From: Sphaerodactylus townsendi
Lineage: Eukaryota
DNA length: 64,000 nt
Reading direction: 5' to 3'
NCBI RefSeq assembly: GCF_021028975.2
Contig: NC_059440.1
Coordinates: forward strand, 30,628,001 to 30,692,000
Shown: piece by piece, positions 50,620-62,757 of the stretch
How positions within the stretch are numbered: the first letter of the stretch is position 1
Layout: every line of letters begins with the position of its first letter
Position numbers and translations under genes: made by a program
Notes under the pieces: generated by a model
Told to the model about the DNA's origin: nothing
The model's database searches: none
The model's input: only the letters and a program-made list of their open reading frames with translations

Positions 50620-51360
50620 TGAGAGCTATTTTGCTATTTATCTACATATAATTATTGCTATGAGGTGCAGACATTAGCTCTGTCAAGAGCAATTTACCCT
50701 GACATTTTTCACTTGCTCTGTACCCTGATGGGGTTTTTTCTTCCCCCTCCCTCACATTCTCGCTCACTCGCACACGCACACACGGCTAAATACGGTTCAC
50801 GGTTCTTGGCAAGGCCTAGAACGTTCTTTCTCATCCAGGCAGCTCTTTCGCAACTCATTAAACTTTGAAATTTAATTCTGTCGGAGAGAGCCTGGGAGAA
50901 GCGCAAGCCCCTCCCTCCTCCCTGCTCCTCGCCACTACAACCCCCCCTCCCCGCAATGCTATAGCAGCTCAAGCATTTCCACTCAACACAAACTGAATTT
51001 ACCGGTTAGTGCGTTTTCAATTGGAATGCAATCTGAAGCATTAACCTCTGCTTTCAAAGCGGCCTTTAAAACACGGCCTGCCATTTACGAGGCAAGATTT
51101 CAAGTTCAATATTGAAGGAGGCGAGCCTCGGGCACCGATCCTGACAGCGTTTAAGCTGTACTCTCCTATGCCTCTTTTGCTCCAGTCCTGGCTGGCCTGT
51201 TTCCCATAATTCACCCAAACCAGTGACGCTTTAAATTAAGGCGCCTCGGCCTGTGCTTGGCTCTTGATTTAACGAGACAGCTATTGTATGTTCCCTAATA
51301 AATATCAATTGCCCATTTGAGGCACATTTGCAACAAGATGACAGAGGAACAAACCAGAAC
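50620..51360. promoter_or_regulatory. Candidate intron-7 enhancer block
   Basis: Repeat-free with retained CpGs; taatta, ctgtca, tttaatt, ccatttacga, tgacag and taaatta motifs. Confidence 0.45.
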
Positions 51361-51797
51361 AGCCTCCCCGTCCCTCTCCAATATGTTCCCTGTAATCTGT
51401 CGTAATTCTGCAGCAGCCGGAATCTACTGTAAGCCAGTGACTCAGTCGGTCCAGCGAATGTTGATTGACAAAGAGGACGTGAAGCAAACCAGTGAGGGTT
51501 TGGGCATCCCGAGTGGCCAGTACTAGCAGGAAATGCCCTATGGGTTATGGATACAGTGCCTAGTTCCATCCTGCCACTAAACTCTGTGGCCAATAAATGT
51601 ATCTAAACCACATAGCCAATAGCGTTTATATTCTCAAAGAGATGTTCACCCCTAAACGGTCGTGGAAACAAGCTCTAGATATCCTTTTTTGCAGGCTTTG
51701 TTTGGGAAAGCACCGGACATCCCTGCAGTAACGTTCTGCCCATACCCAGGCCTGGAAAACCCAACCCAGAATCTGCTGTGCCAGTTGAAGAGACTTG

Positions 51798-51938
51798 GGC
51801 CCCTTCTGCACACGCAAAATAATGCGTTTTCAAACCACTTTCACAACTGTTTGCAAGTGGATTTTGCCATTCCGCACAGCTTCAAAGAGCACTGAAAGCA
51901 GTTTGAAAGTGCATTATTCTGCCTGTGCGGAATGAGCC
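51798..51938. mobile_element. PIF/Harbinger-like MITE
   Basis: Imperfect TIRs ggccccttctgcacacgcaaaataatgc and gcattattctgcctgtgcggaatgagcc; 3-bp flanking duplication ttg. Confidence 0.7.
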
Positions 51939-52972
51939 TTGGCTCCAGTTACAAGCAGAGACCTGACAAGACCATCTTAAGCGGAGGTGCTTCCTTTTCC
52001 ACACTTTGGCCTCAGTAGACTTTGAAAGGTGTAACTCTGCTCAGGGCAGACACCGAGAGAGAATGTCACACGCGCACACGCCCATGTGCGACTGAGCGTT
52101 TATCGTCCATCGTCGGCAATCACTCATGACACCTGGGTGGACAATATTCAGTTGACTTATTGTATCCAAGGACTATGAGCTCACATTCATTGACTACTTG
52201 CCTACGAGCCAGCCACACTTGAACACCACGGTGAAGCAACGCAGGGCTGTCTCCAAGGATTATGGTCTGAGGGACACCGTAATAGCAACAGACCCAGGCA
52301 CTATTTCCCAAACCGATGGAGCTGAAAAGGGCTACACAAGATTACCAGCAAAAACTGATTCCTCACCTGAGAGGATGTCATATCTCAGTTACCTTTTGGG
52401 GAACCACTGGGGATCACATGAGTGGACCTGCTTTAACGGTGCTGTGGGTTTATTAGGGCAGAGTGGAAATTGGGTTGTTCCATCTGGGAAGGCATGCAAT
52501 GAAGCGCAGGGCATATCCACCCACCCGGCAACACAGGGAGGCTGAACCTGTGGCTGCGGAGACAAACCTGAGCTGAAGGCAGAAGTGGCATCATTATTCC
52601 AGCCGAGTTGGCCTGAGAAGCCTGTTGTCCGAATGTGTGGTGAAGAGATCACAAGAAAATGTGAATTTGTGACAATACAGTGAGGTGATTGGCATGCTTT
52701 TCGTATTTCCACCTGCCCAACTTGGTAGTCTGAGGGACTCATCCAGTCGTATGATCCCATACTTGGCACAGTCATTACAATTCTGCCAAGTGGGATCCTG
52801 TTTATCTTGGTGACAAAGGGAAGAGTCGTTAATCAGCTCATCTGGAGATGCAACATGTTTTCATAGGATGCCCAAGATGTTCTGCTGCCAGCTGCAGCAA
52901 TGGAAGATCTTGCCCCTGAAGATACAGGAGATGCACATTATAAAAAGCTCTGCACATGAGTGGACATGAGAA

Positions 52973-53269
52973 CAGCAGTGGCGTAGGAGGTTAAGAGTTC
53001 GTGTATCTAATCTGGAGGAACCGGGTTTGATTCCCAGCTCTGCCGCCTGAGCTGTGGAGGCTTATCTGGGGAATTCAGATTAACCTGTGCATTCCCTCAC
53101 GTGCCAGCTGGGTGACCTTGGGCTAGTCACAGCTTCTTGGAGCTCTCTCAGCCCCACCTACCTCACAGGGTGTTTGTTGTGAGGGGGGGAAGGGCAAGGA
53201 GATTGTAAGCCCCTTTGAGTCTCCTGCAGGAGAGAAAGGGGGGATATAAATCCAGACTCTTCTTCTTCT
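52973..53269 (+). mobile_element. Full-length tRNA-derived CORE SINE (Squam3-like)
   Basis: A and B boxes, CORE motif, and (TTC)n tail. Confidence 0.92.
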
Positions 53270-54429
53270 ATATTGACAGAAGCACCTTTGGCTGTGACAG
53301 AACCAGGTGGCCGGCTGAAACTGTCCATCTGTTGAAGAATAATGCTCCCAAGTTCACTCAGCTACCTAGTGCAGTAAAGTGCTGTACAGGACAAGGACAG
53401 CCGATGGAAAACCTAAGATGGCAATATTTTATGGCCTCTTATCAGGCTGGCTGCTCAACGGGGGGGGGGGGGGGCATCTTTGGCAGAATCTTCCCCTTCC
53501 CCCATCTGTCAACTTTTCTGTTGCTGTTGATTTTTGTTTGAGGTCTAGCCCCCCCCCCCCAATATATTTGTTAAAAAATGGACCTATTTTTCAAAAGTGC
53601 AGTTTGGGGATGGATAGCGGACCCATTTCTAGACCTTTAAGAGTCCTGCCCCCACCCCCAGACTGCTTCATCTCCAGTTGTATTTATTTCTGTTGGCTTT
53701 GAAGAATGAATGAAATCTCCCTGCCTCCCCATGGGGGGAAGAAGTCCTTTTGAGGGGAGGAACCGTGGGGAGGGGAAGGGTTGAGTTCGGCCCTCCCACT
53801 CCTGTGCCAGCCTGGGGGAGACTTTGGCAGAAGGTGGGCCGTGCAGTTGCTGGAAACAAGGATGCTGCTCTGGACGGCCCTCTAGAAGACAGTCTGGCCC
53901 ATCAGGGCATAACGCTGACAAGAGATCAGATGCAGACACAGAAATTTAGGGAGGCAGCGAGCACGCACACATGCCCATGTGGGGACCACCCATGCAGTCA
54001 AGTATGAGCCAAAACAGTTGGCATGAGGACAAGAAACAGTTCTCCTCCGCCTTCATTGTGTTCTTCATTTTCATTCCCTCTTTCTGGTTGACCCATTCCT
54101 TGAACTCCACCACAGCTCTTGGAGGGAGGCTGGGCCAAGACAGAAATGGATACCCAGCTAGCTTCATGTTGGGGTAGAGATTTGAACCCAGGCCTTTCCC
54201 CCCCCCCTCCAAGTCTGATGTTCTTCCCACTGCCTCACCCTGCCTGTGTTGAGGGCAGAGCCTCGTCCTGGCCAGGAGAGCTGCAGCACTTTCCCCGCCA
54301 CAAAATCATCCCCGTTGTTGTCATCATCGTCAGCGGGACTTAACGTGTTGTGAGATCTGGCAGCTTGCTTGTGCTGTGCTTAATCATCTTTTCCTGTCCC
54401 CTCCTTGTCACTGCCCAGTTGCTGCCACA

Positions 54430-54830
54430 GCCAATCTACATCCCTAATCTCCATCAATTAATGAGGAACACTTTCTCCCTCCTCTCCCCCCCCCCACTGG
54501 CAGGCGCACCCACCCCGAAGCCATAGTCCTGGAGGAGAAGTGAGCCCGCCCCCCCCTTCCCTTTCCACCAACTCAGTGCACCCAATTAGGCGTTTGACAC
54601 CCGAACCCGCTGACAAATTGTTTCTGTCATCTGCTTTCTGTCTTTCATTAAATGGAAAGACAGAAGGAGGGATTGGGGTTGGGGGGAGGGGGAATGTGGG
54701 GGGAGGAGATGTGATCTCCCATGCTTAGCAGGGCTAGATACATTAATTACAAAACGGCCATTTGCAGCATGAAAAAGCATTAATTAAATTTATGCAATCA
54801 TTATCTTTAAATAGTCATATCTTCAGGACG
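54430..54830. promoter_or_regulatory. Candidate homeodomain-site-rich enhancer
   Basis: catcaattaatg, caatta, tgaca twice, cattaattac and cattaattaaatttatgcaat in a repeat-free block. Confidence 0.55.
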
Positions 54831-56006
54831 ATCAGCCCTTCCCTCGTCTTCTCTCTCCTCCGCTAAGTAGTTCTAATCCCCCTTTCCACAACTTATCTGG
54901 GGATCAGCAGAATCTTCTGTGTTCCAACTTGCCAGTGAGGAGCCTCCAACTCGGAAACGCGGGGTGGGACACCCTTCCCTCTTGTGCTGAGGACACGGAG
55001 ACCATTTTTAGAACTCGATGCAGATGTGTTTAGGAGGCTGAAGCGCCCACATCTGGAAGGGGATGAGTCTGGTAGAGCAGACAGTTCTCAAAGCATCTAC
55101 TGGAGTTGCCAGAGCCCTACAGAAGGAGACCAGACTGCAGACAAAGGGTCTGAGTGGGGAATGCTCCCCCCAAGAAACCATACTGCTGGTTTCCTTGCTG
55201 TTCTCTTTTTATTTTATTTTTTACATATGCTGAGTTTTCTAATGCACCCACACCAGCAGTCTGGGAGGGTGCAGGCGCTTTGGTCCTTTGGGGACTCTTG
55301 TACTTCCTTCTTCCACATGTGTGAACCCAGCCTAAGCACTCTTGTTGCCTATTAGTTCAATGTATGGTCCCTATCATCATGTGGCCCAGCCCCACCAATC
55401 AGATTTGGCAGCATGCTGAGGACAATTGACAGGGAAAAGAATTTAAAGGAAGAAACTTTTTTTTTTGCCCTAAGGGGCTGAATTTTTTTCAACACTGACA
55501 AAACCCTAAAACTTGTTCCATAATTCCCACTCAGCCCTCACTTGGTTCTGGGCACGTAACCCCCTCTCAGCTTCAGGCTGATGTGTGTAAAATAGAGGGC
55601 CAGGAACACACCTGATACTGAGAGATATAGAAAGGATACAAACATGAACTCTGTAAATTGCCCATCAGTGCAAATTCTGATGTTGAAATGATTCTTCGGT
55701 CACTGACTTCTCTTCTCAGCAAGGTATAGGTGCAAGGCTGTAGGGTTTGGATATGGGAACCCAAGATTCAAAGACCGGTTTAGCTGAGAATACAATACTC
55801 TGTTTGATTCAACATTATCTAACAGCTGAAACGACCTTATATCCAAAAACACAACCCCTGCCCTGGTAAATCTGGCTACTGGTCCATCTGCTCCAGCATC
55901 CTATTTCACACAGTTGCCCTGGATAGTCAAACAAACAAGGCACAGGGCTGAGGCCTTCCCCTGATGTTGCCCCCTTGCACTGGGTTTCAGACATTTGCTG
56001 TGTCTG

Positions 56007-56283
56007 AACATAAGAACATAAGAACTAGCCTGCTGGATCAGACCAGAGTCCATCTATTCCAGCACTCTGCTACTCGCAGTGGCCCACCAGGTGCCTTTGG
56101 GAGCTCACCTGCAGGATGTGAAAGCAATGGCCTTCTGCTGCTGCTGCTCCCGAGCACCTGGTCTGCTAAGGCATTTGCAATCTGAGATCAAGGAGGATCA
56201 AGATTGGTAGCCATACATCGACTTCTCCTCCATAAATCTGTCCAAACCCTTTTTAAAGCTATCCAGGTTAGTGGCCATCACCA
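56007..56283 (-). mobile_element. Younger CR1 3' end
   Basis: gaacataagaacataagaa octamer tail (TTCTTATG)n, then ctggatcagaccagagtccatcta; ORF-end remnant ...aaagctatccagg. Confidence 0.85.
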
Positions 56284-56639
56284 TGAACGTGGAGGTTCCC
56301 TTTATGCGCCATGACTAGTAGCCACTGATGGTCCTCTCCACTCTGAATCCAACTCCCTATTAAACACAACTAAGCTTGTGGCCATCACTACGTCCACTAG
56401 CAGTTAATCCCACGATTTAATGACTTTTGGGGGGGGGGGGAAAGAGGTGTTTTCTGCTTTTTTTTTGTCCTGAACCTATTTCCCGACAACTTTACTGGGT
56501 GCCCCAAAATTCTAAGAGGGAGAAAAAAGCTCTCTCAGTCCAATTTCACCCAATTCATAACTTTATTAACCTCTATCCTGTCCCTCCTCCCCTTAGCCTA
56601 AAAGTCCCAGACTCTTAGCCTTAGCCTAAAAGTCCCAGG

Positions 56640-56907
56640 AGCAGTAGTGGCGTAGGAGGTTCAGAGCTTGTGTATCTAATCTGGAGGAACCGGGTTTGAT
56701 TCCCAGCTCTGCCGCCTGAGCTGTGGAGGCTTATCTGGGGAATTCAGATTAGCCTGTACACTCCCACACACGCCAGCTGGGTGACCTTGGGCTAGTCACA
56801 GCTTCTCAGAGCTCTCAGCCCCACCTACCTCACAGGGTGTTTGTTGTGAGCGGGGAAGGGCAAGGAGATTGTCAGCCCCTTTGAGTCTCCTGCAGGAGAG
56901 AAAGGGG
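56640..56907 (+). mobile_element. tRNA-derived CORE SINE (Squam3-like) running into a gap
   Basis: Near-identical to the 52973 copy. Confidence 0.9.
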
Positions 56908-57085
56908 NNNNNNNNNNNNNNNNNNNNNNNNNNNNNNNNNNNNNNNNNNNNNNNNNNNNNNNNNNNNNNNNNNNNNNNNNNNNNNNNNNNNNNNNNNNNN
57001 NNNNNNNNNNNNNNNNNNNNNNNNNNNNNNNNNNNNNNNNNNNNNNNNNNNNNNNNNNNNNNNNNNNNNNNNNNNNNNNNNNNNN
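56908..57085. other. Assembly gap
   Basis: Run of N. Confidence 1.
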
Positions 57086-57869
57086 AAGCTGTTCCACCCC
57101 ACCCCACAGTCATCTTGGTTGACCTCTTCTGTACCTTTCCCAGCAATGCACTATTCCTCTTGAGATCCAGCAACCAGAACTGACCACAGTATTCCAAAGG
57201 AGGCCTGGACCCAGGCCACTGCAACCTGAGCTGTTTTATTTTCAGTTCCTTTCCCAATAATTCCCTGAGCATGAAGCTTGGGATCCCAAGTGGCCCTTCC
57301 TCCTCTGTCGTTGTTGGTTTGAGCGCTCTCAGCATTTATCTTAAGTTGTGATTTACCTAATTACCCCATTGGTCCATCTAACTTGGTAATTTTGTAAAAA
57401 TTTCATCAATAGACACTTCTGGACTGGTGGCTCGATTGAAAAGGATCTGATTGCCCGGCTATTCATGTTAGAATTTTTTTTTTCAGAATTAATTTTTAGA
57501 AGCAATTTTAGAAATTCTCTGAAATTAAGCTGGAATTGAAGTGGGGGGAAATGCAGGCTGGCACCAGCCTCCTCCTCCCGAGGGCCCACTCTGCTAAGCA
57601 ATCGCTTTCCACGTATTCGTGCGAGGGTTTGCCGGCTGAACTCTTCTACATGCAAATCATGCGCTCCGCCACTGAGCAACGGCTCTGCCACTGAGCATCA
57701 GGAAGGAGGGGACGAGGAAGACTTTCACAAGAGACCCCAGAGAGGCAGCAGCTCTTTGGGGTTTCTCGTGGAAGTCTTCCTCGTCCCCTCCTTCCTGATA
57801 ATTTCAGCTGGAGACTCTGAGGGATTGAGTTTGGGAGCTTGACCATTGAGCCCCACCCCTCTCCTAGAA

Positions 57870-57952
57870 CGTAGGTGTCAAACTCATGCTGGCAGGGGAT
57901 GATGGGGACTGTAGTCCATAACATCTGGAGGGCCACGAGTTTGACACCTGGG
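57870..57952. mobile_element. hAT MITE (CGTAGGTGTCAAAC terminus) with left arm deleted
   Basis: TSD tcctagaa on both sides. Confidence 0.9.
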
Positions 57953-57960
57953 TCCTAGAA

Positions 57961-58084
57961 CCGTGGTGGCGAACCTTTGGCACTCCAGATGTTATGGACT
58001 ACAATTCCCAATTGGCCATGCTGGCAGGGGCTGGTGGGAATTGTAGTCCATAACATCTGGAGTGCCAAAGGTTCACCACCACTG
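57961..58084. mobile_element. hAT MITE (CCGTGGTGGCGAACC terminus)
   Basis: TSD tcctagaa on both sides; same subfamily as the 44991 copy. Confidence 0.92.
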
Positions 58085-58450
58085 TCCTAGAAGGTTAAAA
58101 CAGCCCTAGAGTTATCAAGCAAGCCACTAGATTTCCTTGACTTGGTCCCAGGCCGAGGTGGTGGTGACCATGAATGGCTGGTTGCCATGGCAGCCAGTTG
58201 ACCATTCCTTGACCATTAGCAGGCCTGCAGTACAGCAGCCCACAAGAAACCTTCCTGGCACATTCAAGAACCTCTCCACCCCACCCCCTCTGTTCTCCAA
58301 GGGCCGGCCGGCCGTTCTGCTGCCAATTGAATAAACTTGGTTATACCTGATGCAAGAGGTGATCTGCCTCCCTCCCTAGCAGGCAATGACTGGAGGGAGG
58401 CAGGGCAAAGACATAAGAGCCTTTCAATGGTTGAAATTAATGTATTTTTC

Positions 58451-58698
58451 TTTTCTTTTGTTTAAGACTTTAATACTTAATTACAACAATGATATTATGA
58501 TGCAAGGGAAAATCAGTACATAGAAAGTTAAAATTAGAAACGTAAATATAACTATACATCGTCAGTACCTGACAGATATCTTCTTATATTAATATGTTAT
58601 ATTAATGTTTGTGTCCCCCCCTCCCACCATGTAATTTCTCCTTCCAGTACAGCATATTTTTTATTCACTTTCAGTCTAATGGTGTAAGAAAAACTATT
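58451..58698 (-). mobile_element. Retroposed insert, probably an L1-like 3' UTR
   Basis: 17-bp TSD aaattaatgtatttttc at 58434-58450 and 58699-58715; minus strand ends ATTAAA...aaacaaaagaaaa. Confidence 0.75.
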
Positions 58699-59339
58699 AA
58701 ATTAATGTATTTTTCATGGCATACAGTGTAGGGATCAGTGAGTGAATGAACTTTACGCTCTCTCAGGAGCAGTAAATAGGAATCAGCCGTGACAAGGAGG
58801 CCACCTGGGGGGGGGGGGCGGTTCTTATAGTGGTGAGCTCTACAGAATAATCTGTTTGTGGCCCCACATGGATTGGGAGATCCCCCCTCCTCCCATGAGA
58901 CCCCCAGTCTTTCCCTGGTCCTGGGGGAGCACCTTCTTGCTTGGCCTGTAAACGGAGCTCTCCGTGGTGCTGATCGCAAGCCAGGCAGGGCCAAGACCAG
59001 CACGGCTCTTCGCCCGCCCACCTAACAGCGTCTCAATGAAACTGTGTACGTTTGTGTGAAATGTAAATATGCAAAGCACCAATACAAAGAATGGGCAAAA
59101 ATGGACAGGTGCTTTGGAGCTGGGGAGCAAACATGTTTCCACTGTAGAGGAGACTTCCGGCACCCCTTCAAGCAAAGCCACCCACTTATGTTGTTTTAAA
59201 ATGTTTCATTTTAGTTTCAAACTGAACCTACATTTCTTGTGTAGACACATCGTTAAAGCGGAAGAGACCACAAGTCGTTTCCGGGGTGCCCTCTGGAAAG
59301 CGCTGGAAGGACCACAATAAACTCAGTTCGGACTAGGAA

Positions 59340-60270
59340 AGAAGAGGGAACGGGCGAGCCGCTTTTCAAAAATGCACCCGGTTCCAAAGGAAGCAAACGG
59401 CGGGCGAGCAGCCGAGAGCCCCTCCTAAACGACGCTCCCCCCCCCCCCCTCCCGAGTCCTTAGATGTCTGATTCGGCATCTGGCTGGCCGGCACGGCGTT
59501 GGGGGGGGCGTGTCTTTATCGGGGCCATTTCATCTTCCCAAGAAGACCTTTCTCGGGGCTGCCGCCTCCCCCTGGAAGAGCCCGCAGGCGCTGGCGCGGC
59601 TTGAGAGGGGTATCTCTTACAGCGCAGTTAGGCAGGCGGAGGCGCGGCGTCCGATAGGCAAGACTATCAGTGCGGCAGGCAGCTTCGCCCCAGGCGGGGC
59701 TGAGGCGCTCGGCAGTCTCTCTGGAGGCCGCCCGGCTCTCCTTGGCCGTCCGGGGGGAAGGTGGCGCAGGGAGCAGCTCAAAGGATCGCGCGAAATCCTG
59801 TTTGGAAGCCCCGGACCTGCGCCCGCGCTCCGTTCCGCCTGGTGGCCGCAGGGGGTGGCGAGGGGGAGCCGGGCCCAGCGGCTGAAAGCGGATAGGGGAA
59901 GGGGGGAGAGTCCAAGGCCAGGCAGGCGTGGGGGGGGGGGGGGTCGCATCGGTGCCGGGACAAGGAAGAGGAGAACCGCGAGCCCACAGTGCCCCGGCGC
60001 CGGTTCGAAAGCGGCCGGGATGGGGCGTCCTGGCGAGCTTTGGAGACCGCGCACGCCTGCGAAAAGGGGCTGGCTGGGTGTGTGGGGGCGGGGGGCGGGG
60101 GGCGGGGTCTTTCCTCGGTCTCCCGCATCCAGCCTACCCCACCCAGACCACAAGAGACTGAGTGTAGAAAGCAAGGGAGTGGGACCGCTGACCCTGCTAG
60201 CTCAGGCTAAATTTCCACCTGGAGCAGCCTCCTATTTCTGACAGCGCCTCGTGGATCTCTCCCGCGTGCT
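59340..60270. promoter_or_regulatory. Intronic CpG island
   Basis: About 0.9 kb of GC- and CpG-dense sequence. Confidence 0.65.
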
Positions 60271-61587
60271 CTTTCGCACATGGCATGAAGACACAGCCCC
60301 CCTGCGCTAGTTTGTCCCTAAACGCTGGTCTTCAGTGGTAGACTGCCTCTGACTATGGCCGTTCCATAAGAGCGTATGAATTGCCTCGCTCGTTCAGACA
60401 GCGAGTTCAGCATTCTGCTTCCAGCTGTATAAACCCGAGAACCCCGTGGGCAGGGGACGAAGGTGGCAAACTACCCGACCGCCCCCATCCTCACCACTTG
60501 GCAAACAGAGGTACACTTCCTCTGAACATGGAAGTTCCAATTGGCTAGCACAGTTTCAAAACAGACTATTGCTTTTCTTAAAAGCCTCCCAGCAAAGGAG
60601 CCACGAGCCACCAAGTGGCCATGAGTTCTGAAAGCTAATGAGGCACCTTGTAAAGAAGAATGCTGTTCTGTCAGCCTTGAGCCTTGGGTCTTCAGGTGAC
60701 TCCTAGTATCATGGCGAGGGGGAGATGGGGGGGCTTTTCCTTGACCCATTCTTTCTGCGCTGGACATAACTTTTATAAAAAGGATTACTGTCATGTCTCC
60801 CTCTCCTGCGCCAACTTTCTGCAATCCTCAACTTTTCAAAAAGCCCCCCTTCCCTCCCTCCCTCCCTCCCTCTTTCTTAGTGACTCTTCAATGTACATTG
60901 AAAATAGCTGCTTCTTCCAATTCCCACCATAAGAAAAACTGCACAATGATTATGGAAGAGGTATTAACTCGAGCGAAGGCGGCGGCCGAGGAGTTTGCTT
61001 TGCACCTGAGAGAGGGATAAAGTGAGGTTTAAGGATCTCAATGCAGAGGCGGGAAGTACTAAGTAAGGAACGACGGAAGCGTCCTCTGAATAGTCTCCAG
61101 GGATTAGGAAACTCACCGGCTACTGAAAGAGCCGAATCCTCTTTAATGATGGTAAGATCCGCAAGGCATCAAGGGATTCTAGGGAGAGAGGGGGCTGCAG
61201 CAGTCTGAAGCAGGGGGGCAGAAATAAATGACCCTGCTCTCCACCCCACACGTCTTTGTTTCTGATCGGAATCCAGACCAGCACTGCAGATATGAAGGCG
61301 GGGCAGCCGGGGGGGGGGGGGTTGTGGTGGCATCAGGAAGAGGCTTTTCCTTCTGATCTCAGAGGTCTGTGCAGAAGTGTGTCTTTGTCCTGCCAGGAGG
61401 GGAGAGAGCCGGTGAAGGGGCTCCCAAGGAAAATCCTGTTCCAAGAGCTGACTTTTGGATCCCAGTGAGGGGTTTCTTGAGTCCAGCATCCAGCAGAGGC
61501 CAGTCAGATTTTCAAGATGTTTACCAGCATGGCATTGCTCTTGGACATTTTCATGCCATCCTTCCTCTGAGGAGCTTAGGATGGTGT

Positions 61588-61858
61588 AGAGCCAGCGTGG
61601 TGTAGTGGTTAAGAGCAGGTGCACTCTAATCTGGAGAACCGGGTTGGATTCCCTGCTCTGTCACTTGAGCTGTGGAGGCTTATCTGGTGAACGAGATTAG
61701 CTTGTGCACTCCAACACTCGCCAGCTGGGTGACCGTGGGCTAGTCACAGTTCTTCGGAGCTCTCTCAGCCCCACCCACCTGACAGGGTGTTTGTGGGGGG
61801 GGGGGGGAAGGGGGAGATTGTAAGTCCCTTTGAGTCTCCTTACTGGAGAGAAAGGGGG
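61588..61858 (+). mobile_element. tRNA-derived CORE SINE, second subfamily, running into a gap
   Basis: Head agagccagcgtggtgtagtggttaagagc, B box ggttggattccc, CORE motif. Confidence 0.88.
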
Positions 61859-62102
61859 NNNNNNNNNNNNNNNNNNNNNNNNNNNNNNNNNNNNNNNNNN
61901 NNNNNNNNNNNNNNNNNNNNNNNNNNNNNNNNNNNNNNNNNNNNNNNNNNNNNNNNNNNNNNNNNNNNNNNNNNNNNNNNNNNNNNNNNNNNNNNNNNNN
62001 NNNNNNNNNNNNNNNNNNNNNNNNNNNNNNNNNNNNNNNNNNNNNNNNNNNNNNNNNNNNNNNNNNNNNNNNNNNNNNNNNNNNNNNNNNNNNNNNNNNN
62101 NN
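61859..62102. other. Assembly gap
   Basis: Run of N. Confidence 1.
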
Positions 62103-62578
62103 GTGAAGACAGAGTGCTGAACCTAAGGTGACCAAGAGACCTCCTTGGCCCAGGGGGCATCTGATGCCAGATTTCCTTTCCCCACTTGTGGTCCAGCTCT
62201 CTCACCCCTTCTCCAGCAGACAGGGGCAGAATGAGAGCCAGTGTCTCTCCAAGATATACATCCTGCCTCTGAGCTAGTGATGGACGGCACCATTTCAGAA
62301 TGTGAACACTCCTCTGCTGCATCCTAGTCCGTGCCATCTCATGCTGACCCTTCAGATATCCTGAAAACCCAGGAATGGGGCTCAGAGGGAAGGACTTCCC
62401 ATGCATCTGATCTTCCTAGCCATAGACTGCCTCTAAACATGGAGGTTCCATTTACTATGCATACGGTGCTCCCTCCTGGCATCTCTGTTGATCAGGCAGC
62501 AGCAGGGGATGTGGGAGAGACCTTCCTCAGTCTAAAACCCTGGACAGCTCCGGCCAGTGAGACTGGATTGACCAAGAT

Positions 62579-62726
62579 CAGGGGTAGGGAACCTGTGGCT
62601 CTCCAGATGTTCAGGAACTACAATTCCCATCAGCCCCTACCAGCATGGCCAATTGGCCATGCTGACAGAGGCTGATGGGAATTGTAGTTCCTGAACATCT
62701 GGAGAGCCGCAGGTTCCCTACCCCTG
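62579..62726. mobile_element. Full-length palindromic hAT MITE (CAGGGGTAGGGAACC terminus)
   Basis: Hairpin; perfect TSD accaagat at 62571-62578 and 62727-62734. Confidence 0.95.
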
Positions 62727-62757
62727 ACCAAGATGATCCAATGGTTTTTGCCTAGAG

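Larger units (their letters stand above)
55875..57300 (-). mobile_element. Old CR1 LINE 3' fragment, interrupted by a younger CR1, a SINE and a gap
   Basis: Minus-strand translation near 57100-57210, RPPLEYCGQFWLLDLKRNSALLGKVQKRSTKM, resembles the CR1 ORF2 motif RPHLEYCVQFW....KKD...LEKVQRRATKM. Confidence 0.8.

Noticed and set aside
52973-53050. tRNA genes at SINE heads
   Set aside because: A and B boxes continue into the CORE and tail of a multi-copy SINE; no full cloverleaf.
59510-60241. 243-aa and 185-aa ORFs
   Set aside because: Same GC-rich artefact.
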